Made by a program: the position numbers and the translations under genes. Positions 47,532 through 57,596 of a stretch of 64,000 nucleotides of DNA are shown piece after piece. Position 1 is the first letter of the stretch; each line of letters begins with the position of its first letter. The stretch is taken from positions 1-64,000 of IMG/VR virus record IMGVR_UViG_2840949845_000002; one strand, given 5' to 3'. The notes below the pieces were generated by a model. The model was not told where the DNA came from and made no database searches. It saw nothing but the letters and a program-made list of their open reading frames with translations. Source of the DNA: a virus. Taxonomy: Duplodnaviria > Caudoviricetes.

Positions 47532-47831
47532 GTGAGTGCGATGCGACCGTGGATGCTGATCCTTCCGTTGCTTCTGGCGGTTTCCGCCGAAGCCTCCGCA
47601 GAGCTGACCAAAATGCGCCAGTACCAGCACCAAGAGGGCCGATCCCTGAAGGACTACATCAACGATGGGTATGAGATAAAAGCCATCACAAACAGGGATA
47701 ACGTATCAGATTTCAACTACTTCCTGCAAAAAGGGACAGATTTTGTTCGATGCAGTGAGATGACAACAGGTCTGGCCGTGTTCAGAGAGGTTTCTTGCGC
47801 GGTTCTCATCCAGCCATTGCCATATCAATAG
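47532..47831 (+). CDS. Small secreted protein at the Mu left end
   Basis: Signal peptide MRPWMLILPLLLAVSAEASA, two Cys. Confidence 0.65.
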   Translation: MSAMRPWMLILPLLLAVSAEASAELTKMRQYQHQEGRSLKDYINDGYEIKAITNRDNVSDFNYFLQKGTDFVRCSEMTTGLAVFREVSCAVLIQPLPYQ

Positions 47832-47996
47832 ATTTTCAAGCAAGACGGCAGCGACAACGGCTGTCATTCGGCTCGTTGTCGTTGTCAGGCTGCGGACTGC
47901 ATACCCGATTATGCATCCAAAACGCGTATAGGGCTGATTCATTTCTCGTAAATACATTTGTACGATCATTGCGTAGGCTGGGGTTGTTTATGAGCC

Positions 47997-48545
47997 TCAA
48001 GCCCGGCGTTTGCTCGATGCGGGATCGGCGGCGGCGGCGCGGAGTTCCTGGCGAAGGGCGGCGGTGACTTCGCCGACCTCGGTCAAGCGGTCGTCGGGAT
48101 CGGTCACTGTGGCGACGATCCGATCATGCTCCTTCGCCGCCCGCTCCGTTGCTTGATGGATGGCTATCGAGACGCCCATCTCCTTGTAGATCAACAAAAT
48201 CTTCTCGGTTAGCCGCCCCATCAACCGGGCGTCAGTTGCGGGCGCAAACGTCTCGGCTGTGGCGGTCGGCGCAGTTGACGCAGCAGCGGCGTCGCCGGGC
48301 CGCATCGAGCCGTTTCCGGTCGCCAACCAGTCGAGTGAGATGCCGCAGACCTGAGCGGCAGCGACTATTCCGGACCAGCCAGGGTCGGACGCACCAGACA
48401 GCCACTTTTTTACACCAGACAGGGAGGCACCCGTCGCCTTCGCCAACTCCTCCTGCGTCAAACGCCCCTTCATAGCCAGTCGGAGGCGGTCGCCGAAAGC
48501 TTTCCGGTTCGAGCCAAGATCCGTAAAGCGATGATCGTTATCCAT
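47997..48545 (-). CDS. XRE-family repressor (Mu c-like)
   Basis: FGDRLR...TQEELAKATGAS...SLDWLATG; divergent from ner. Confidence 0.85.
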   Translation of the reverse strand: MDNDHRFTDLGSNRKAFGDRLRLAMKGRLTQEELAKATGASLSGVKKWLSGASDPGWSGIVAAAQVCGISLDWLATGNGSMRPGDAAAASTAPTATAETFAPATDARLMGRLTEKILLIYKEMGVSIAIHQATERAAKEHDRIVATVTDPDDRLTEVGEVTAALRQELRAAAADPASSKRRA

Positions 48546-48740
48546 TGGTCACTTTACGGTTCTATAGAGACTTGATTTCACAGGGAAATTTACAAGGCGT
48601 GCCGTCTTCACGCCAAAAAGAACCGTAAAGTGATCTTTTGGCTTGCCATGGTTCCTTATAGTGCCCATAATTTCCCCGTTAGTCCAAAACGCACCACGAA
48701 ATGACCGGCCTGGCGGGGCCGGTTTGACAGGGGGAGAGGC

Positions 48741-49037
48741 ATGGCGCGCACCGCCGACATGGTTCCGGCTGAAATCCGGTTCCGACTGAACAGCAAGGGC
48801 CTGACCTTCGCCGACGTCGATCGGGCCTATGGCCTGAAGGACGGCACGGCGCGCAAGGCGGCACGGCAACCGCACATCGATGGCGAACTCGCCATCGCGG
48901 AGATGCTGTCGTGCTCGCCGCGCGAGCTTTGGCCCTCGCGGTTCGGCGTCGGCGGCAAACGCCTGAAGCCTCAACCCGTGAAAAACTATACGGACCCGCC
49001 GCGCCTTTCGCACCGTCAAAAGCAGAGAGCCGCGTGA
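48741..49037 (+). CDS. ner: Ner-like DNA-binding protein
   Basis: GELAIAEML...ELWPSRF. Confidence 0.88.
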   Translation: MARTADMVPAEIRFRLNSKGLTFADVDRAYGLKDGTARKAARQPHIDGELAIAEMLSCSPRELWPSRFGVGGKRLKPQPVKNYTDPPRLSHRQKQRAA

Positions 49038-49039
49038 AC

Positions 49040-49882
49040 ATGAAAACCTCTGGCATGAAATCCCTCGGGTTGCAGGACATCCCGATTTCCGACATCGACA
49101 TCAGCTTCCGGCTGCGCCCCGTCGATGACGGCTACGCCACGCTGTTGGCGGAGAACATCCAGGAGGCCGGGCGCCTGCGGCAGCCGGTCGAGGTGCGGAC
49201 GGTGAAGGGCGGCGGGTTCCGCCTGATCGCTGGCGCCCATCGGTTGGCCGCCTGCACCAAGCTGGATTGGCCCACCATCCCCGCCTTCGTGTTCGAGGCG
49301 ACCGAGGACGAAGCCCGGTTGGCCGAAATCGACGAGAACCTTGTCCGGCATGAGTTGAACCCGCTGGACCGCGCGACCTTCCTGTTCGAGCGCAAGAGCA
49401 TCTACGAGCGGCTGAACCCGGAGACGAAGAACGGCGCGCAAGGCGGCGTCGGCGGCAAGCGGAATGAGAACGAAACGATTTCGTTCTCAAAGGACACCGC
49501 CGCGCGCATCGGCCTGACCGACCGCACCATCCAGTTGGCGGTGAAGATCGCCACCGGCCTTGCCCCAGACGTCAAGGTGTCGGTCGCCGGAACCGCCATC
49601 GCCAAGACGCAGGCCGAACTGCTGGCGCTCGCCAAGCTGGGGCCAGCCGAACAGCGGGCGGTGTTGGGGATGTTGCTGGGGGACGAACCCAAGGCGAAGT
49701 CGGTGCGCGAGGCCATGGCGGCGCTGACGAACCGTCCGGCCAAGGTGGCGGACGGCTACGCCAAGTTGTTGACCGCGTGGCGCCACGCCGGGACGGGCGA
49801 GCGGCGGGCGTTCGTGGAGTTCCTGCGGAAGGACGGCGCGCTGGATCAGTTCGACGCCGATGATTCGGAGGTCGCAGCATGA
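49040..49882 (+). CDS. ParB N-terminal domain protein
   Basis: LRQPVEVR...LIAGAHRLAA...EIDENLVRHEL. Confidence 0.85.
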   Translation: MKTSGMKSLGLQDIPISDIDISFRLRPVDDGYATLLAENIQEAGRLRQPVEVRTVKGGGFRLIAGAHRLAACTKLDWPTIPAFVFEATEDEARLAEIDENLVRHELNPLDRATFLFERKSIYERLNPETKNGAQGGVGGKRNENETISFSKDTAARIGLTDRTIQLAVKIATGLAPDVKVSVAGTAIAKTQAELLALAKLGPAEQRAVLGMLLGDEPKAKSVREAMAALTNRPAKVADGYAKLLTAWRHAGTGERRAFVEFLRKDGALDQFDADDSEVAA

Positions 49883-49921
49883 GGTTCGCCTCCCTCATCA
49901 ACGACAGGCATACCGAAGCCT

Positions 49922-50425
49922 TCACTGAGGCCAGATCGGCCCCGGATGGGTGGCTTCAGGAAGCTCGATCTGTCCTGGATCGCGCGGCTTCCACGGGAGC
50001 TTCATTTCAAGCCACCACTCCAGCACTGCGGCGGCTGTGCGGTCGCCTTCAGGCAGTTCTTGAGGAATGATCCAGATGGATTTCTCGCTGGCCGTCGCAT
50101 TCGCGGTGCATACCGTCACCATCTGTAAGTGCCGCTCAAGCAACACTCGCCACGCTCCACTGCTGATGCTGTCCCACGTCGATGGCACCGGAGATCTGGA
50201 AAAGGCAATGACCGCCTCATCCGCCTCTGCTTCAAAGCGCGCGTGGTACCGAAGAGCCCTTATTCTTATCAGCTTAGGCCGGAAAACGTCGTTCATTGGC
50301 CACAAGGCTCCCAACAGATCCCATGCTGTCAATGCCATGGGGATCCATGAGTTTTCAGGCAAACCAGTCCTCTCTTCCAGAAACACCATTAAAGCCGAAA
50401 AGCCCTTTTTCACCCGATCCCCCAT
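49922..50425 (-). CDS. Hypothetical protein, antisense insert in the Mu early operon
   Basis: C-terminal 167 aa of the 49922-53197 ORF (MGDRVKKG...), AT-richer than its flanks. Confidence 0.55.
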   Translation of the reverse strand: MGDRVKKGFSALMVFLEERTGLPENSWIPMALTAWDLLGALWPMNDVFRPKLIRIRALRYHARFEAEADEAVIAFSRSPVPSTWDSISSGAWRVLLERHLQMVTVCTANATASEKSIWIIPQELPEGDRTAAAVLEWWLEMKLPWKPRDPGQIELPEATHPGPIWPQ

Positions 50426-50521
50426 CGGTTGTGTTGCAGCTCCGATGGTAGGGGAGGATCGACCGACCGTCACTCGCCCCACGGGTGCGGTCGGTCGATT
50501 TTCAGCGACCTGGGGCGCGTG

Positions 50522-50977
50522 ATGGCGCCCCGGCAGCGCGACAACGGCACGCTCGACCTTCTCTCCTGGCAGCCGCCGGAGCCGGTGCGGGCGTTTCCCG
50601 CCGAGAAGGTGCGGGCGGCGTCCTTGCGCGCCGCCTTCGCCAAGGCGATCTCGCTCGCCTTGAAGGAGTGCGAGCAGGACCGCGAGGAGATCGCCGTCGC
50701 CATCGGCGAGTATTTGGGCGAGCCGTGCTCGAAAGCCATGCTGGACGCCTACGCCAGCGAGGCGCGGGAGGAGCACGTCATCAACGTCGTGCGCTTTATC
50801 GCCCTGATGCACGCCACCGGCGACCGGCGGCTTTTGCAGATGCTGGCCGAACCGTTCGGGTTGGCGGTGATCGACGCCCGTTATCTGCCCGCCATCGAAG
50901 ACGCCTTGCTCGACGACAAAATCGCCGAATTGACCCAGCGCCGCCAGTTTGCGCGGCGCAAGTGGAAGGGAGCTTGA
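50522..50977 (+). CDS. Conserved Mu-like phage protein upstream of the transposase
   Basis: TLDLLSWQP...MLDAYASEARE motif. Confidence 0.75.
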   Translation: MAPRQRDNGTLDLLSWQPPEPVRAFPAEKVRAASLRAAFAKAISLALKECEQDREEIAVAIGEYLGEPCSKAMLDAYASEAREEHVINVVRFIALMHATGDRRLLQMLAEPFGLAVIDARYLPAIEDALLDDKIAELTQRRQFARRKWKGA

Positions 50978-50980
50978 GCT

Positions 50981-53056
50981 ATGAAGGAATGGCGCTCCGC
51001 TGCTGAATGGGCCGACTTGAAGTTGCCCGCTATGCCGACGAGCAAAGCGGGAGTCATTCTTCGGGCCACGACTGGAAAATGGAGGTCTCGCCCCCGCGAA
51101 GAGCAAGGCGGCGGCCTGGAATACCACATGTCGTCCCTGCCCACGGCGGCGCAGGTCAAGCTGACGCTCCTGGAGAAGAAGTCCCGGCAATCCGCTGAGA
51201 CCGCCGCGCCCCCCGCGAACCGGACCGAGCTGTGGCGCTGGTACGATGGCCTGCCCGACGCCAAGAAGGCCAAGGCCCGCATGCGTGCGGAAATCCTGGA
51301 CGCCATCGTCGCCCTGCACCGCAACGGCGTCACCAAGGACGTCGCCGTCATGACGGTGGCGCAGCATCACAATGTCGGTCCCAGCACGATCTACAACTGG
51401 CTGAAGCTGGTCGCCGGGCATGACCGCGCCGATTGGCTGCCCTGCCTCGCCCCGCACCATGCCGGTCGGACGGCGACGGTCGAGTGCGATCCCGCCGCGT
51501 GGGACATGCTGAAATCCGACTATCTGCGCGCCGCCGCCCCGCCGTTCAGCGACTGCTACGAACGGATGGTCCGCGCGGCGAAGGAGCAGGGGTGGAGCGT
51601 CCCGTCCGAGCGGACCCTGTTGCGCCGCCTTACGGCCACGGTGCATCCGGCGGTGATCGTGATGGCGCGCGAGGGGGCGGAAAAGGTCAAGCAGATGTTC
51701 CCGGCCCAGGAGCGCGACCGTTCGCACTTCACGGCGCTGGAGGCGATCAACGGCGACGGCCACCGCTGGGATCTTTGGGTCGAATGGCCGGACGGCACGG
51801 TGGCCCGCCCCAACATGGTGGCGTTTCAGGATCTCTATTCCGGCATGATCCTGGCGTGGCGGGTCGATCAGACGGCGAACAGTTGGTCGGTGCGGCTGGC
51901 GATTGGCGACTTGATCGAAGACTACGGCATTCCGAAAAAGTGCTGGCTCGACAATGGTCGCGACTTTGCCAGCAAGTGGCTGACCGGCGGCATTCCGAAC
52001 CGCTACCGCTTCAAGGTGAGGGAGGAGGAGCCGGTCGGCATCCTGACGCAGCTCGGCGTCGAAATCCATTGGACCACCCCCTATTCGGGACAGTCCAAAC
52101 CAATTGAACGCGCCTTCCGGGACTTCGCCAGCGACATCTCCCGCCATCCGGCGTTCGAGGGCGCCTACACCGGCAACAGCCCGGTCAACAAGCCGGAGAA
52201 TTACCGAAGCCGCGCCATCAAGTTGGAAGATTTCCTGAAGGTTCTGGCCTCGGAAATCAACCAGCACAACGACCGGATCGGGCGCATCGCTCGAAATTGT
52301 CGTGGCCGTTCCTTCCGCGACACCTTCCTCGACAGCCACAAGGACGCCGTCGTCACCCGCGCGACCGAGGAACAGCGTCGGCTGTGGTTGCTGGCCGCCG
52401 AGGGCGTCACCGTCAGCAACCGCGACGGGGCGCTCAAGCTGTTCGGCAACCGCTATTGGGCGGATTTCCTGCATCTGCACATGGGCGAAACGGTCGCCGC
52501 GCGCTTCGATCCGGAGTTCCTGCACGACGGCGTGCATGTCTACCGGCTGGACGGCGTCTATCTTGGCCATGCGCCGGTGCTTGAGGCCGCCGGTTTCGAC
52601 AGCGCCGACGCCGCCCGCGAACACGCCCGTCAGCGCCGCCGCTGGCTGAACGCCAACAAGGCGATGCTCGACGCCGAACGCCGCATGTCGGCGGCGCAGG
52701 TGGCGTCTCTGGTGCCGCTCAATCTTGGCCCCGCCGCCCCGCCGGAGGCCAAGGTGGTGCAGTTGCCGCGCCCGGTGCTGGATCTGAAGCAGACCCCAAA
52801 GCCCGATCTGACCGTCGTGCAAGAGGAACGCCGCGAAGCGCTCGTCACTGAGTTCCGTCGGCCCGACGCAACGCCCGCGAAGGATGAAAAGACCCTGCGC
52901 TTGGAAAAGGCCGCCCGGATCGAGGCGGCGATCACCGCCGGGACGGCGGTCGAAGCCGAGGCGGCGTGGTTCACCCGCTACAGCCGCCAGCCGGAATGGA
53001 AGGCGTTCAAGCGGCTGGCCGAGGACTTCTCGACCGACGCACAAGCGACCGCCTGA
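50981..53056 (+). CDS. MuA-like DDE transposase
   Basis: Mu HTH (GGGLEYH), INGDGH, LDNGRDF, SKPIERAF, Mu C-terminal domain. Confidence 0.95.
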   Translation: MKEWRSAAEWADLKLPAMPTSKAGVILRATTGKWRSRPREEQGGGLEYHMSSLPTAAQVKLTLLEKKSRQSAETAAPPANRTELWRWYDGLPDAKKAKARMRAEILDAIVALHRNGVTKDVAVMTVAQHHNVGPSTIYNWLKLVAGHDRADWLPCLAPHHAGRTATVECDPAAWDMLKSDYLRAAAPPFSDCYERMVRAAKEQGWSVPSERTLLRRLTATVHPAVIVMAREGAEKVKQMFPAQERDRSHFTALEAINGDGHRWDLWVEWPDGTVARPNMVAFQDLYSGMILAWRVDQTANSWSVRLAIGDLIEDYGIPKKCWLDNGRDFASKWLTGGIPNRYRFKVREEEPVGILTQLGVEIHWTTPYSGQSKPIERAFRDFASDISRHPAFEGAYTGNSPVNKPENYRSRAIKLEDFLKVLASEINQHNDRIGRIARNCRGRSFRDTFLDSHKDAVVTRATEEQRRLWLLAAEGVTVSNRDGALKLFGNRYWADFLHLHMGETVAARFDPEFLHDGVHVYRLDGVYLGHAPVLEAAGFDSADAAREHARQRRRWLNANKAMLDAERRMSAAQVASLVPLNLGPAAPPEAKVVQLPRPVLDLKQTPKPDLTVVQEERREALVTEFRRPDATPAKDEKTLRLEKAARIEAAITAGTAVEAEAAWFTRYSRQPEWKAFKRLAEDFSTDAQATA

Positions 53057-53128
53057 TCGGCCAGCAACGACGCGGCCCCGATCCTTTGCCGAGGACCGGG
53101 GCCGCAACCTGAAACACACACCAACAGG

Positions 53129-53911
53129 ATGGACGATATGACCGTCGCCCCCTTCCCCGTCAAGTCCGACGCCACTGCCGCCGACGCGACGGAACAACCG
53201 CTCGTCACCGCGCCGCTCGCCAACGTGTCGCTATTCGCCGAGTTGGCGGAGCGCGTCACAGGCCGCCATCGCGGCCTGCCCGGCATGGCCGTGTGGTACG
53301 GCCCCAGCGGCTACGGCAAGACCCGCGCCGCCATCTACGGCGCCAACCGATTCCGCGCCACCTATGTCGAGGTTGGCGCGACCTGGACGCAGGCGAAGTT
53401 CTGCCGGGCGCTGCTGACCCAGCTCGGCCTGCCGCCGACCGGCACCGTCGCCGACATGGCGGAACGGATCATCGACGCCCTGCGCGGTTCCCGCCGTCCC
53501 GTAATCATCGACGAATTCGACCATGTCGTGACGCGCAAGTACGTTGATCTGGTGCGCGAGATCCACGACCAATCCGGCGCCGCCATCATCCTGATCGGCG
53601 AGGAGATGCTGCCGCACAAGCTGAAGCTGTTCGAGCGTTTCCACAATCGTGTGCTCGACTGGTGCCCGGCGCAGCCCTGCGATGGGCGCGATGCCGGCAT
53701 CCTGGTCGGGGTGTTCGCGCCGGGCATCGCGGTGGCCGCCGATCTGCTGACCCGCATCGTCAAGGAAAGCGGGGGCCGACCACGCCGCATCGCGGTCAAT
53801 CTGGACCGCGTGCGGGAGTATTGCGAACTGGAGGGGCTGGACGCCATCGACGTCGCCCGTTGGGGCAGCCGCCCGCTGTTCAGCGGCGAGCCTCCGGCGC
53901 GGAGGGCGTGA
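53129..53911 (+). CDS. MuB-like AAA ATPase
   Basis: GPSGYGKT, IIDEFD, LIGEE. Confidence 0.93.
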   Translation: MDDMTVAPFPVKSDATAADATEQPLVTAPLANVSLFAELAERVTGRHRGLPGMAVWYGPSGYGKTRAAIYGANRFRATYVEVGATWTQAKFCRALLTQLGLPPTGTVADMAERIIDALRGSRRPVIIDEFDHVVTRKYVDLVREIHDQSGAAIILIGEEMLPHKLKLFERFHNRVLDWCPAQPCDGRDAGILVGVFAPGIAVAADLLTRIVKESGGRPRRIAVNLDRVREYCELEGLDAIDVARWGSRPLFSGEPPARRA

Positions 53912-53912
53912 G

Positions 53913-54533
53913 ATGCCGCGCAAGCCCGTCCACATCACAGCGAAGATCGCGGTGCGCACACCTTGCGGAGAGCAGGGATGCTGGTCGGTCATCCGCGAAT
54001 TGCGCCGCTTCGACCGCCCCTTGCTGGTCTCGCGCGTCCAGGCCCACCCGACCACGGTCGCCGACTATCTGCGGCGCCTGACGCTGGCTGGCTATGTGAC
54101 CCGCTCCGACAACGCCGTCTACGAGTTGGTGAATGACCAACCCGACGCGCCGCGTCTCCGGCGCGATGGGACACCGGCAGCCGAACCGGGCATTGGGCAG
54201 GAGCAGATGTGGCGCAGCATGAAGATGCTGGGGGAGTTCTCGCCCCGCGAACTCGCCGCAGCCGCCAGCACTGACGCGGCCCGCGTCACACCGACAACCG
54301 CCGCCAGCTACGTCAAGCATCTCTGGCGCGCCGGTTATCTGCTGTGTGTGGCCGAAGCCCGGTTCGGTGTCGGCAAGGCGGGAGCGCAGGCCCGCTATCG
54401 GCTGAAACCGTCGATGAACACCGGCCCGCTGGCGCCGCAGGTTCAGCGCACCGATTGGGTCTGGGACCCCAACACCCGCAAGGCTTTGGCGCCGGAGACG
54501 CGGGATCAGGGAGGGCTTCATGCTGAGCAGTGA
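53913..54533 (+). CDS. Conserved Mu-like early protein (tandem wHTH)
   Basis: APRLRRDG...QMWRSMKML...NTGPLAP. Confidence 0.8.
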   Translation: MPRKPVHITAKIAVRTPCGEQGCWSVIRELRRFDRPLLVSRVQAHPTTVADYLRRLTLAGYVTRSDNAVYELVNDQPDAPRLRRDGTPAAEPGIGQEQMWRSMKMLGEFSPRELAAAASTDAARVTPTTAASYVKHLWRAGYLLCVAEARFGVGKAGAQARYRLKPSMNTGPLAPQVQRTDWVWDPNTRKALAPETRDQGGLHAEQ

Positions 54534-54837
54534 TCTGAAATCCCTTCGTGGCGCATTGGAATGCTACGCCGAACGGCTCGGAGGGCGCCTCTCCTTCAAC
54601 GCGGCCAGCACGGCGGACCTGTTCCGGACGCTCGACGGCCTGATCGTCCAGGCCGAGGGGATGGAGGGCACGCCCTCCCCGCCCGCCGTTCGCATCGCCG
54701 GAGGCGCCTTGCCGAGCGGCGTCGCCGATTTGGCCGCCCGCCGCGCAGCCATGCGTCAGGACCGGCCAATCAAGATGGCGGATCGTATCCCGTGCTGGCC
54801 GCAACCGACCGATCCGACCGGAGGGTCAGCCGCATGA
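54520..54837 (+). CDS. Hypothetical protein
   Basis: Translationally coupled early ORF. Confidence 0.6.
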   Translation: MLSSDLKSLRGALECYAERLGGRLSFNAASTADLFRTLDGLIVQAEGMEGTPSPPAVRIAGGALPSGVADLAARRAAMRQDRPIKMADRIPCWPQPTDPTGGSAA

Positions 54838-55226
54838 GCGCCCGCGTCCTGCCACAGCCCGACGCGTTGGTGGAGATCGACATCCCCACCAACGGACAGG
54901 CCGCTGGACACGTCGTCACGCGTCGCGTGGTGACGATCCGCAACCACTCCGACGGACGCTACACCTGCCTGTTGGCCGATCAGTCCACGGGCGATCTGTC
55001 CGCCGCCACCATCGCACCGGCGACGGATGGTCATTGGCTGTGCGTTGAACCGCCGGTGTCGGTTGACGCGGCGATCCACGTCGCCCGGATGGTGGCGGGT
55101 GGCGTCACCAGCCACGCCAGCGTCACCAGCCAAATGCGGCTGTTGGCCGACGCGGTGCTGTTCCTGACGGGGCATCACCGCCCCGCCGGGCCGCTGTCGC
55201 CAACCCGCATCGTCGGTGGCCCATGA
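54834..55226 (+). CDS. Hypothetical protein
   Basis: ATGA-coupled ORF. Confidence 0.6.
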   Translation: MSARVLPQPDALVEIDIPTNGQAAGHVVTRRVVTIRNHSDGRYTCLLADQSTGDLSAATIAPATDGHWLCVEPPVSVDAAIHVARMVAGGVTSHASVTSQMRLLADAVLFLTGHHRPAGPLSPTRIVGGP

Positions 55227-55408
55227 GCGCCGACACCATCCAGGCCGCCCTGTTCGGCGCGTTCGGGCTGTCGCCGCCCAGCCGCCCGCCGGACCCGGCG
55301 CCCGCCGACCGCTTCCCGACCTTCACCCGTCCGGCGGCCCCGCCGGTCGCGCTCAACCCTTTGCGTCTCGCCGTCGGCGGGACCGTCACCCACTCCCCCA
55401 AGAGGTAA
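55223..55408 (+). CDS. Hypothetical protein
   Basis: ATGA-coupled ORF. Confidence 0.5.
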   Translation: MSADTIQAALFGAFGLSPPSRPPDPAPADRFPTFTRPAAPPVALNPLRLAVGGTVTHSPKR

Positions 55409-55411
55409 GCC

Positions 55412-56224
55412 ATGCCCGATCAATCACCCGTTTTTCCGTTCCAGGCACCGCTCATCCCGCTGCCGTCGGGCGCGCCGACGCTGGCCAAGCACCTGCACGC
55501 GATGTTGAGCATCGTCCGCCGCCACGCCCCCCTTGCGGGCATGCTGTCCGAGCAGGAGATCGCCGCCACCGACGCCGCCTTTGCGGCGCTGGTCGGGTTG
55601 CCCGCCGCCAAGGCCAGCGTGGAGGTGTTGAATAGCAAGGTGTACTGGCGCGACGAAGACGAGAATTTGACGCTGGAGAGCATGGTCAAGCCCCATCGCT
55701 TTTTGGAGGATGACTTCGTCCGCACCGTCGCCACCGCCGCCCTGTCGACGTCCATGACCCTGGCGCGGCTCAAAGCGCTCTCGTTCGCCGAAGCGCAGGC
55801 GCTGATCGACACCCTGGCGTCGGCTCATGGCGTCAAAGCGGGCGGCAGGGCCGGAAACGTCTCCTTCGTCAGTTACGACCGAGCCTTCAAGGTCCAGATC
55901 GCCGTTCAGGAGCGTCTGGCCGTGAACGCCAACATCGTGACGGCCAAGACGGCGCTGAACGAATGGTTGGCCGCCGCCGACGCGGGGGACGAAGTCCGCG
56001 CCCTCATCAACGCGGCGTTCGGGTTGGGCGATCAGGACGGGGTCCGTGTCGCCGAGTTGGTGCGGCTCAAGCGTCTGGTCATCAACCATCCGCTGTGGAA
56101 CGCGGCCATGGCCGCGATTGATGACGCGTTGGAGGTGGCGGGCAAGGCCCAATACCTGAGGGTCTACCAGCGCGCGCCGGACGGCAAATACGTCCAAATC
56201 CCGCTCGATCTGGCCAGCGTGTGA
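55412..56224 (+). CDS. DUF3164 family protein
   Basis: GGRAGNVSFVSYD...WNAAMAAIDDAL...YLRVY. Confidence 0.85.
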   Translation: MPDQSPVFPFQAPLIPLPSGAPTLAKHLHAMLSIVRRHAPLAGMLSEQEIAATDAAFAALVGLPAAKASVEVLNSKVYWRDEDENLTLESMVKPHRFLEDDFVRTVATAALSTSMTLARLKALSFAEAQALIDTLASAHGVKAGGRAGNVSFVSYDRAFKVQIAVQERLAVNANIVTAKTALNEWLAAADAGDEVRALINAAFGLGDQDGVRVAELVRLKRLVINHPLWNAAMAAIDDALEVAGKAQYLRVYQRAPDGKYVQIPLDLASV

Positions 56225-56232
56225 GGTGCGCC

Positions 56233-56814
56233 ATGGATCACACCGAAGCCGTAACTGACGGCCTGACGATCCAGGTCGAGCTGGTTCAGTACCCCGAGGC
56301 GCTGAACGGCCCTGCGGGTCACGCGCTCGCCGCTCGCCTGTCGGAAGTGGCAAGCGCCGCGCTTTCCATCCGAGCGCCGGTCGCCGCTGCGGCCTTCACT
56401 TTGCTGGCCGACGCCGAACAGGAGGTCGATGACCTGCGGTCGCTGCTTTTCACTCAGCCGCCCAGTCCGGCGGCTCGCCGGTACGCGATCCGGCTGGCGG
56501 CTGCGGCCATCGCCCTGGTCGCCGCGCTCGACGCCAGCGAGGCCGAACGGAGCGCCTCGCCGTCGCTGGAAAGCGAGGTGACGCGTTGGTTGCGCCAGAC
56601 CATTGGTGAACTGGTGGGCCGAACCGCAGCGGCAGCCATCCTTGCAGTCACGCCCCGGATGCTCGTCAGCGCCGTCCTGGTCGCCCCACAAATGGACGCC
56701 TTGGAAACCGGCATCCGGCTGCGCTGGGGCGTGTCTCTGGTCATCGCCAGCAACAACAGCGTCGCCGACGTGGCCAAGGCCATTGTCGCCGCCCAAAAGA
56801 GGAGCGCCGTCTGA
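56233..56814 (+). CDS. Hypothetical protein
   Basis: ORF with GAGG RBS. Confidence 0.6.
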   Translation: MDHTEAVTDGLTIQVELVQYPEALNGPAGHALAARLSEVASAALSIRAPVAAAAFTLLADAEQEVDDLRSLLFTQPPSPAARRYAIRLAAAAIALVAALDASEAERSASPSLESEVTRWLRQTIGELVGRTAAAAILAVTPRMLVSAVLVAPQMDALETGIRLRWGVSLVIASNNSVADVAKAIVAAQKRSAV

Positions 56815-57203
56815 TGGCGAAGCCCAAACCTTCCATCGTCGTCGAGATCCAGCAATCCACAGGACTTCGGCTGAGTGACGCCGCTTGGGCGGCGCTGGAA
56901 AAGCTGCTGGCCGACGTCGGCGTCATTCTGGCATCCGAATACCACAACATCGACCGCGCGGGGCTGGCCCGGCGCACCGAAACCGCACAGGAAGGGCTGT
57001 TCCGCGCGTTCAATCGGTCGCTGGACACCGCTCATCAAATCCAGTCGGCCCGTTCGGAGTTCATCGCCGGTGCGGCCTGCATGTTGGCGCAGGCCGCTTC
57101 GATTGATGCCACCGCTCGTGAGGCTGTGGCGGCGGGGAAGCCCGCACCGAACTCAACCTCTGCTGACGCAAGGTTCGGTCAGCCCCCGGAGGGGTCCGCA
57201 TGA
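56814..57203 (+). CDS. Hypothetical protein
   Basis: TGATG-coupled ORF. Confidence 0.6.
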   Translation: MAKPKPSIVVEIQQSTGLRLSDAAWAALEKLLADVGVILASEYHNIDRAGLARRTETAQEGLFRAFNRSLDTAHQIQSARSEFIAGAACMLAQAASIDATAREAVAAGKPAPNSTSADARFGQPPEGSA

Positions 57204-57358
57204 GCAACCCTCATCCCGACATCCCGGCTTTGCTTGCCGAGGCCGACGAACTGCCCGACCCGCAAAAGTCGCTGCTGTCCCACAACGAACGAGTGCTGAT
57301 CGAATTCTGTCAGCGGTTGGCGGCGGCCCTGCGGGCTTGCGCGGAAAAGGAGGTCTGA
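57200..57358 (+). CDS. Small hypothetical protein
   Basis: ATGA-coupled, MSNPHPDIPALL... Confidence 0.5.
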   Translation: MSNPHPDIPALLAEADELPDPQKSLLSHNERVLIEFCQRLAAALRACAEKEV

Positions 57359-57362
57359 CGCC

Positions 57363-57596
57363 ATGACCCTGTACCCCATTCATGCCCAGATCGCCGCCGT
57401 GGAGGCGGCGGCCAAGGCCGATCCGACCAACCGCGCGTTGGCGCAGGCTGCTTTGACCTTGGGCGCGGTGTCCGTCGCTTGCGGCGGCCCTATCAAGGAC
57501 GTCGATCAATGCCCGTGCTGCGGCTCTGTTTGGGAGGTCGATGCGTGGCCGGTCGATGACCGTCTCACCCGTGCCATGGAAGGGCTGATGCCATGA
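57363..57596 (+). CDS. Hypothetical protein with CPCCG motif
   Basis: GGAGG RBS. Confidence 0.55.
   Translation: MTLYPIHAQIAAVEAAAKADPTNRALAQAALTLGAVSVACGGPIKDVDQCPCCGSVWEVDAWPVDDRLTRAMEGLMP

Noticed and set aside
49922-53197. 1091-aa minus-strand ORF
   Set aside because: Mostly the antisense shadow of MuA in GC-rich DNA; only the last 167 codons look like a real gene
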